Assembly (NCBI RefSeq): GCF_016433145.1 | Contig: NC_058135.1 | Coordinates: 278,688,276 to 278,752,275 of the forward strand | Direction of reading: 5' to 3' | From: Gracilinanus agilis | Taxonomy: Eukaryota | DNA length: 64,000 nt | Shown here: piece by piece, positions 56,831 to 64,000 of the stretch | Position numbering within the stretch: position 1 is the stretch's first letter | How the letters are laid out: the number at the start of each line of letters is the position of its first letter | Made by a program: the position numbers and the translations under genes | Notes under the pieces: generated by a model | Told to the model about the DNA's origin: nothing | The model's database searches: none | Seen by the model: the letters and a program-made list of their open reading frames with translations, nothing else

Positions 56831-58269
56831 CATGATTCTGGTGATCTTACCTGAACTGTGAAAAATGTCCCTCCAGCAAATCCCCATCTGAAAGAAACCA
56901 CCCTACAGAGGCTCAGCAAGACCACTGATCACAATCATCATTTAAATCATTGACTCACTTTCCAGAATCTCCCAACCTAGTGTTGTTGGGTTTCCCAATC
57001 TAAAAACTGGGATAGGCAAAAGGAATTCCTTTCTTTCGATTTCAAAGAGGTATTCCAATGATTTGAAATGACCAAAATGTCTTAAGAAGTCACAGAGACT
57101 GAAGTTCTTAAAAGGCAGCACTGAATAAAAAATTTAAAAAAAGTAATATTCTTGGATCATTATCCTTCCAGATCTTCTCTCCAAGGACTCAAGAATATGA
57201 AGTATCAGAGCCAGGAATTAATCCTTCCACTCTGCTTGTCATTGGTCAGAACTTTATCAGAGTAGGTGTGCAGTTTGTATCCAGAAATAGAGAGAGAGTC
57301 ACATTTTTTTTTAAAATAAAAAAACTGAAGAGAGTTAAGAGAGAAGAATCCAGTGATAAGAAATTTCTAAAAACAGACTCTACATGGACAAGAGAAAAGA
57401 TTCGAGGTTATTCAACTTGAGGAAGAGAAAGCTAAAGGAAAACGTTATCCATCTTTAGGGACATGAAGGCTTATGAGAGAACTGAAAGGGATCTTAGACT
57501 TCTACATGCCTGGAATGTATTCCTTCCCTACCTCCACTTCATAGAATTCCTTTTTTTTTTCCTTTAAGACTAAGCTCAAGGACTGTCAAGGCAGCTAGGT
57601 GGCACAGTGGATAGAAGGCTGGACCTGATTAGGAAGACCCAAGTCTGAATTTGAATCCAGCCTCAGATGCTTACCTTCCTTGGCAAGTCATTTAACCTCC
57701 ATCTGCCTCAGATTCTTCGTATGTAAAATCCCAGTCTCCACATTGGGAGATAATAGCAGCAGCTGCCTCATGGGGTTGTGAGGATAAAATGAAATATTTG
57801 TAAAGTGCTTTTCAAACATTAAAATACTCTACAAATTCTAGATATTACTATCTTATGCATGAAAATTTTCTTTATCCTCCATCTGATAGTGCCCTCCTCC
57901 CAAAAGACTTTATATTTGACTTCTTTTCATATGTTTGTGTTATAAATTTTACATTCATGCTGTATATAGCCTGTATCTGTTTTCTTCCCCATTAGAAAGG
58001 AAATTCCTTGATATCAAGGGTGGTTTCACTCTTTGAAGTTGTATTCCCAACATCTCATGCAGTGTTTGGTACATAGTAGGTGCTTAATAAATACTTGTTG
58101 ATCAATTACAGACTTTAACCTCATTTTACAGATTCTGTAACAGAGACCCAGTGTCACCTAATTAGGAAGTAGTGAAGGCCAGATTTAAACATAGGTTTTC
58201 CTGGTTTCTCTGTCTATCACAACACACTGCATCCATGATGGTTATAAATAACCCCAGGCATCTATCCTC

Positions 58270-59990
58270 GGTCTCCACAGAGCCCTGGATAAAAGCAAAT
58301 GGGCTTCATCAATTGGGGAATGGCTGAACAAGTTATTGTTTATGAATGTGACGGCATACTATTGTGCTATAAGGTGGTAAATGGGATGGTTTTAGAAAAA
58401 CCTAGGAAGCTTGTTTGAACAGATGAAGTGAGCAGACCTACAAGAACAATTTATATAGTAGCAACAATATTATAAAGGTAAAGTTGAAAGACCTAGAAAA
58501 CTCTGATCAATATAATCACCAACCACAAATTGAAAGGATTCATGATAAAAGAAAATATGCTATTCAATCAGTCAATCAAAAAACATTTAGTAAGCATCGA
58601 CTAAGTACCAGGCACTGTGCCTCTAGATAAAGAGCTGATGGAAACAGAGTGTAGATTTTCTTTCTTTCTGTTTTGGATATGGCTAATGCAGGAAACTGTT
58701 TTGCTTGACAATACATATTTGTAAAAGGTTTTGTATTTCTTGACTTCTCAATGGGTAAGGAAAGGGAGGTGGCAATGAGAGAACTTGGAAAAGAAAATAA
58801 AAATGAATTTTAAAAGCACTAAGAACATTTAAAAAGGAACAAATGGGTTTGTGTTACATTAAGGGAATCTTAAGTGGACATGAAGAAACATTTTTGACTA
58901 CTAGCATGACTAAACACTGGACCAGGAAAGAGAGTGATTGGACTTCTTGTGGTCGCTTCCTTCCATAGAAACATTTTTAAATAATCTAAATAATCACCTG
59001 TTAAGCATCTTTCCTTTTGGAGAGTGGTGGGCTATACTATAAGACCTTCTGAGATCCTTTTGAGCTCTTTAGTTTCATAATTCAAAAACAGTGGAGTGAT
59101 TCAGATTTATAAGAATAAAAGTCATATTCCACTTGATAAAGTCAATAGATATAAACAGGAAGTTCTTAAAGGAAGAGATCCAAGCTATTAATAGCCATAT
59201 AAAAAACTGCTCAAAATCATTAATAATTAGAGAAGTGAAAAATTAAAATTACTTTGAGGTATCACTTTACACCCATCAAATTAGTAAAGATGACAAAAAT
59301 GGAAAATGACAGAAGTTGGAGAGACTGCAGGAAAACAAGCACAGTAATGTTTTGTTGGTAGCACTATCAACTACAATGAAAATCAGAATGCAATGAAGCT
59401 CAAAAAAGTCATTTCACTGAATATGCCCTTTGACCCAGTGATACCACTACTAGACCAGTATCCCAAAGAGATCAAAGAAAGAGGAAGAAGATCCATTCGT
59501 ACAAAAATATTTATGATAACTATTTTTATGATGGCAAAAAAAAACTAGAACTAAGGCAATGCCCACCTATTGGGGAATGACTGAAAAAATTATGACATAT
59601 GAATGTAATAGAATATTTATACCATTAGAAATTATAAAAGAAATAGTTTCAGAGAAGCCTAAAAAGACTTGAATGTACTGATGCAGTGAGAAGAACCAGA
59701 AGAGTACATTATATAATAACAACAGTATTGTAAAGACAAATGTCTTTAAAAGATTTAAAAACCATTATCAGTCCAATGACTAATCAAAGTTATAGAGAAC
59801 TGATGACGAAGTATGCTATTTCCTAAGGGAGGAGGGAAGAACAACTATAGATATATTTTTGGACATAGAAAATGAGAGAACTTGTTTTTCTTGACTATGT
59901 AGATTTGTTACAATGGATTTTTTCCTTTCCCCCTTCCAATGGTGGGAAGGAATATGGGAGGAAGAGTCAATTTTATTTTTTTTTTAATTG
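58270..59990 (+). mobile_element. Cluster of old L1 3' fragments
   Basis: Repeated L1 ORF2-end motifs (gaggtatcactttacacccatc; acccagtgataccactactag...cccaaagagatcaaagaaagagg). Confidence 0.7.
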
Positions 59991-62589
59991 GAAAAAATGG
60001 AACAATTGCCAGACCTTCGAAAAGACAGTACAAATGGCTTTCTGAAAAGACCAAAACTCCAAGAGAAAGGCTTGTTTTTTCCCTTCATGTGAAAAAAGGG
60101 ATAGCATGTACTCCTTTAGTTAAGGAAAGGAAGATAGCAAAAATCCTAGAGCTGCTAAGGGCACTGCATCAAGGTTTGGTTGGGATACACATCTAGAAGG
60201 TAGGGAGACCACCATTTTGCTGAACTTAGTGTAGTATCTATCTTAAAATGAATGTGGATGTGAAGGATGATAGAGTGGGAATCTGGGTGATTATGAGCAG
60301 CTATCTGAGTCTTGATAATGAGAAAAATCACCATGAAATAGAGGAAATGGTGATGGAATTTGGGTCAGGACACCTGGATTCAAATCTCTGCTCAGATAAT
60401 TATTAATTGTATGCCCTTTGGCAAGTCACTTCCTCTTTATATACTTCATTTTACTTACCTAAAAAAATGGGAATAATACTTGCATTCTCTATGTCATAGG
60501 GTTGTTGCAAAAAAAGATGTTTTATTAACCTTAAAGCACTTAAAGAAATGTAAATTATTCTGCTGATGATCAGCAGAAAGAGTTGTCTCTGTTGTCTTGT
60601 CAATCTTCTTAAACTGTTGCCCAGTTTACCTTTCATTAATGGTATTTGTCAGGTTGCCCTCATAAATCTTGGGACTACTCAGTAGTTTAATAGATTCCCC
60701 AAGGGAGTAGAGGAGAAAAGAGGGAAACAATCAGGAAAGCTTCCTTCCCCTTTGGCTAACTTCTGAAGATTATTTAAACCCTATCTGTCCTTTCTCTGAG
60801 CCCTTTGAAATCTGTTCTACCAATGACAGAGTGGGCCTGGCTTTCTTCTCTTCTCTTATAATGGAATTGTCACTTTTTCCCAAAGTTCCCTTCATTTCCA
60901 CCTCAAGAACTACTTCCTCACTATTGGTCAAATTAGGTTTAGAATGACAGTTGTCTTGGCACGTCCTCTTTTTTTTTTTTAAAGGACAAACTAATCTTGG
61001 CAAGTTAAGAATTTCTGAGCTACCGTGTTTTCATCAGGAAGAGAGCTCCAAAGGATATCTAGATGATTGAAGTCTTCCATGCCACAGTATCACACCTCCA
61101 TCCCAGGTTTCTGGTCTATTCCACAAACCCTTCATCTCAGTTCTTCTTTTCAGACATTCTGCAGCATATTCCCTTGCCAATATTGTTTGGGGATTTTCCT
61201 CATATCTTCTTATTTAAGGCTTTTATTTCCCTGACCCTTTTATCTACTCTATTTATGATAAGGTATGTCTTTCAAGAGCCACCTTGCAGATAAGTTCTTT
61301 CCCAACAAGGCACAGTTATGTTTAGGAACAACTTGGGATCTATAATTCAGCCAGTTCATTGTGCATTTGTATATCAACACCTAAAATGAATCAGGCAAAC
61401 AATTTCCTGTTATCATAGGATCTTAGATCCTGGGAAAGTCCACAAGGGCCATCTTGTCCAACCCTCTCATTTTACAGATGAAGAAATTGAAACCCAAAGA
61501 AGACATGTGACTCATCCAAAGACATTCAGGTATTGCTGGGACTCTTCTTGGATACTGCCCCTCCTGGAATTACTGCCTGTCTTCTTCTAGAGTTCTTTCT
61601 ACTTCATATCTCTATGGTACCAGGCTAGGGAGATATACATGGGCAATTTTCTCCCTTCCTCTCTCCCCACTTTTCTATTAAAAATTCTCTTGATCAAATT
61701 AGAAAGACTCCTGAGAAATATATCTTGACAGACCACTTCCAGGTATACTCTATCCTAGATCAAATACTTGTTATTCCTGTATTTTAAACTAACTGATCCA
61801 GAAATCTTATCCTGACACCATCCTCTTAGCTTGCTTACTTCCTAAGTCTGCCTTCCTATTCTGAACCACTTTGTTCAAATACAACAGGGATGGGAAAAGA
61901 CACAATTTCCCTTGATGTCCTTGGTTTTAGCCTCAAATTTGATAATCCTCAGCAATGGTGTCTGTGTTTCTTCTGACAGATCATTTGTACCCACAGGAAT
62001 CACCAGGAATGGGGGAGTAGTGCTCATCCAATGGACAAGTCTTGAAGGTGCTTAATTAATACTGGTTGATTTAAGGCTATCCAGGAGGCACACTTCTTTG
62101 GGGATCTTGAGTAAGGAATCATTGTGTTTGCATCTCCTTCAGCAGTAGATAACAGGCACATCCAAGAGTCAGAACCTCCTATTTGATTTGCTGGGTTCCT
62201 ACAAACTAACCCTCCCCAGACTCTGTGCCTCAGTTTCCCTTCACAGTAGAATGAGGAGATCACAGAAGTAAAAAGGAAAGGGTCAAGAGATCATTTGGTC
62301 CAACCATCTTGTTTTCCAGATGAGGAAACAGGAATAGAAAGGTTAAAAACTCATCTAGGTAGTAGGAAGCAAGGCTAGGATTTGAACTCAGAATTCCCCA
62401 CTCCAAACTTTTTGACTAAAGCCTTGTGACTGAATTCTTAGTGAAGAAAAAGGGAGTTCCTGCAAAGGGTGGGGATGGGGCTTCTTCCGAGTTGTACCGC
62501 AGACTGCAATCCAAAGGGATCCTAGCTCCATCCTTAGCCTTCAGGCTGCAGGTTACAATGTGGGGCTCCCTGGAGAGTCCTCCTTCAGC

Positions 62590-62780
62590 CCCAGCCCGAT
62601 TTACAGGAACTCAGGGCGGCAATCAATCATCCTTAATTTTTAACAGGCCAGGCCAGTGTCCAGGGCCAGCCCATGGCTAGGGCCGGTCCTCTCCACCCCA
62701 TCTGGGTTGGACTCTGGGGTCACTCTTCTCTGAAGTGCCCACTGATCAGGAGCTGGGGAGCAGGCTTGGTCCTGGGCAAG
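62590..62780 (+). promoter_or_regulatory. SERPING1: SERPING1 promoter and non-coding exon 1
   Basis: gatttacaggaactca...caatcaatcatccttaattt...cagtgtccagggccagcc resembles the recalled human C1-inhibitor proximal promoter. GAS-like ttacaggaa at 62601-62609; donor caag|gtgagg at 62780/1. Confidence 0.65.
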
Positions 62781-62907
62781 GTGAGGAGGGTAACCTGTGC
62801 CGCTTTGGAGGAGACACTCGCCTGCCTTCTGTGTCTTAATTCTCACCGCCTCCCCTCTCCCCCCCCCCCCATCCCCTTCTGCCCCCATCCCTTCCCATCC
62901 CATCCCC

Positions 62908-63270
62908 NNNNNNNNNNNNNNNNNNNNNNNNNNNNNNNNNNNNNNNNNNNNNNNNNNNNNNNNNNNNNNNNNNNNNNNNNNNNNNNNNNNNNNNNNNNNN
63001 NNNNNNNNNNNNNNNNNNNNNNNNNNNNNNNNNNNNNNNNNNNNNNNNNNNNNNNNNNNNNNNNNNNNNNNNNNNNNNNNNNNNNNNNNNNNNNNNNNNN
63101 NNNNNNNNNNNNNNNNNNNNNNNNNNNNNNNNNNNNNNNNNNNNNNNNNNNNNNNNNNNNNNNNNNNNNNNNNNNNNNNNNNNNNNNNNNNNNNNNNNNN
63201 NNNNNNNNNNNNNNNNNNNNNNNNNNNNNNNNNNNNNNNNNNNNNNNNNNNNNNNNNNNNNNNNNNNNNN
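62908..63270. other. Assembly gap (363 N) in SERPING1 intron 1
   Basis: Run of N. Confidence 0.99.
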
Positions 63271-63541
63271 GTGGGGGAGAAGGAAGGCCAGCTGTGCTGG
63301 GAAAGGGAAGAGATTACAGGAAAACAAAACCAAGGGGAGGGGCCCAGGAGGGGAAGGCCCGGGGAGAGAGGATCTGGAACGAAAGAATGAGGAGAAAAGG
63401 AGGGCTGAGGCTGCCCCGGGCCCCACCCCCAAGCCCCAATCCCCCAGGACTGGAGCCCGCCCCTTCGGGCTCAGCCGGCTGGGGACTGACCCGGGACCCC
63501 CGGCACTGGTTCAGCAGGTCAAGGCGGACAGCGACGCCCAG

Positions 63542-63604
63542 ATGGCAGCCCGGCTGACCCCGCTGCTGACCCTTCTGCTGCTCTTTCTAGTGGTCCGGGC
63601 CGAA
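63542..63604 (+). CDS. SERPING1: Plasma protease C1 inhibitor, first coding exon (signal peptide); the gene continues beyond the window
   Basis: Acceptor cagcag| at 63517, then gacgcccagATG MAARLTPLLTLLLLFLVVRAE and donor gaa|gtaagt. Matches the recalled human MASRLTLLTLLLLLLAG and the synteny. Confidence 0.88.
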
Positions 63605-64000
63605 GTAAGTGCCCCCACCCCAACACACACACACACGCACACACACACACACACACACGACTTGGGAAGGGGGGCGGGGGGGGCGGGGCAGGGGAAGAAG
63701 GACCCGTGTTTAACTCTTTCTGTGCCGAGAGCTGCCGTGGCGTAGTCCAAAAGGCGCTCGATTTAGAGGGCATCCTAGACTGCACATCTGGACAGCACCT
63801 TAGGGATCCTCTCGTTTGACTTTTCCGTTTTACAGGGGAGGAAAATGAGATCCCGAGAAGGGAAGAGACTTGTCTAGGGTCACACAGCTCATTAGTGGTA
63901 AATCGAGGATTGGCACCTAGCACTTCTGCCACAAAACCCCGATATTCTTACAACTCCATCCCACCCCTCCATGCTGGCTCCCTTTGAAGTGGCTGGATTC

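Noticed and set aside
62673-63557. Long ORFs spanning 62673-63557
   Set aside because: Open only because they read through the N gap.

Overview
This is marsupial genomic DNA, most likely opossum (Monodelphis-like), judged from the dense tRNA-derived CORE-SINEs of the SINE1_Mdo type. Gene order matches the eutherian SMTNL1-UBE2L6-SERPING1 block. SMTNL1 (+) has 7 coding exons and 485 aa. UBE2L6 (-) has 4 coding exons and 154 aa. Only the promoter and first coding exon of SERPING1 (+) lie in the window. The main finding lies between UBE2L6 and SERPING1. A CpG-island promoter is followed by the ruins of a KRAB-zinc-finger gene: a KRAB-A exon with 3 stops, a phase-broken KRAB-B exon and decayed C2H2 fingers. 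A full-length Tigger/pogo DNA transposon is inserted in that finger array. The element looks old (diverged TIRs, lost TA duplication, internal SINE), yet its 588-aa transposase ORF is uninterrupted and CpG-rich. The ORF keeps both N-terminal HTH domains and has a D-D-N rather than D-D-D triad. This fits a domesticated transposase that took over its host gene's transcription unit, an inference that needs expression and dN/dS data. Other points: UBE2L6 has HPH instead of HPN; SMTNL1 has PRAS at the eutherian RRVS PKA/PKG site; there is an intronic ISRE, a PUM3 retrocopy, a solo LTR, hAT MITEs, a higher-order tandem array and a SINE with a 51-bp target duplication. Family and orthology names come from recalled consensus or protein sequences, not from database searches.
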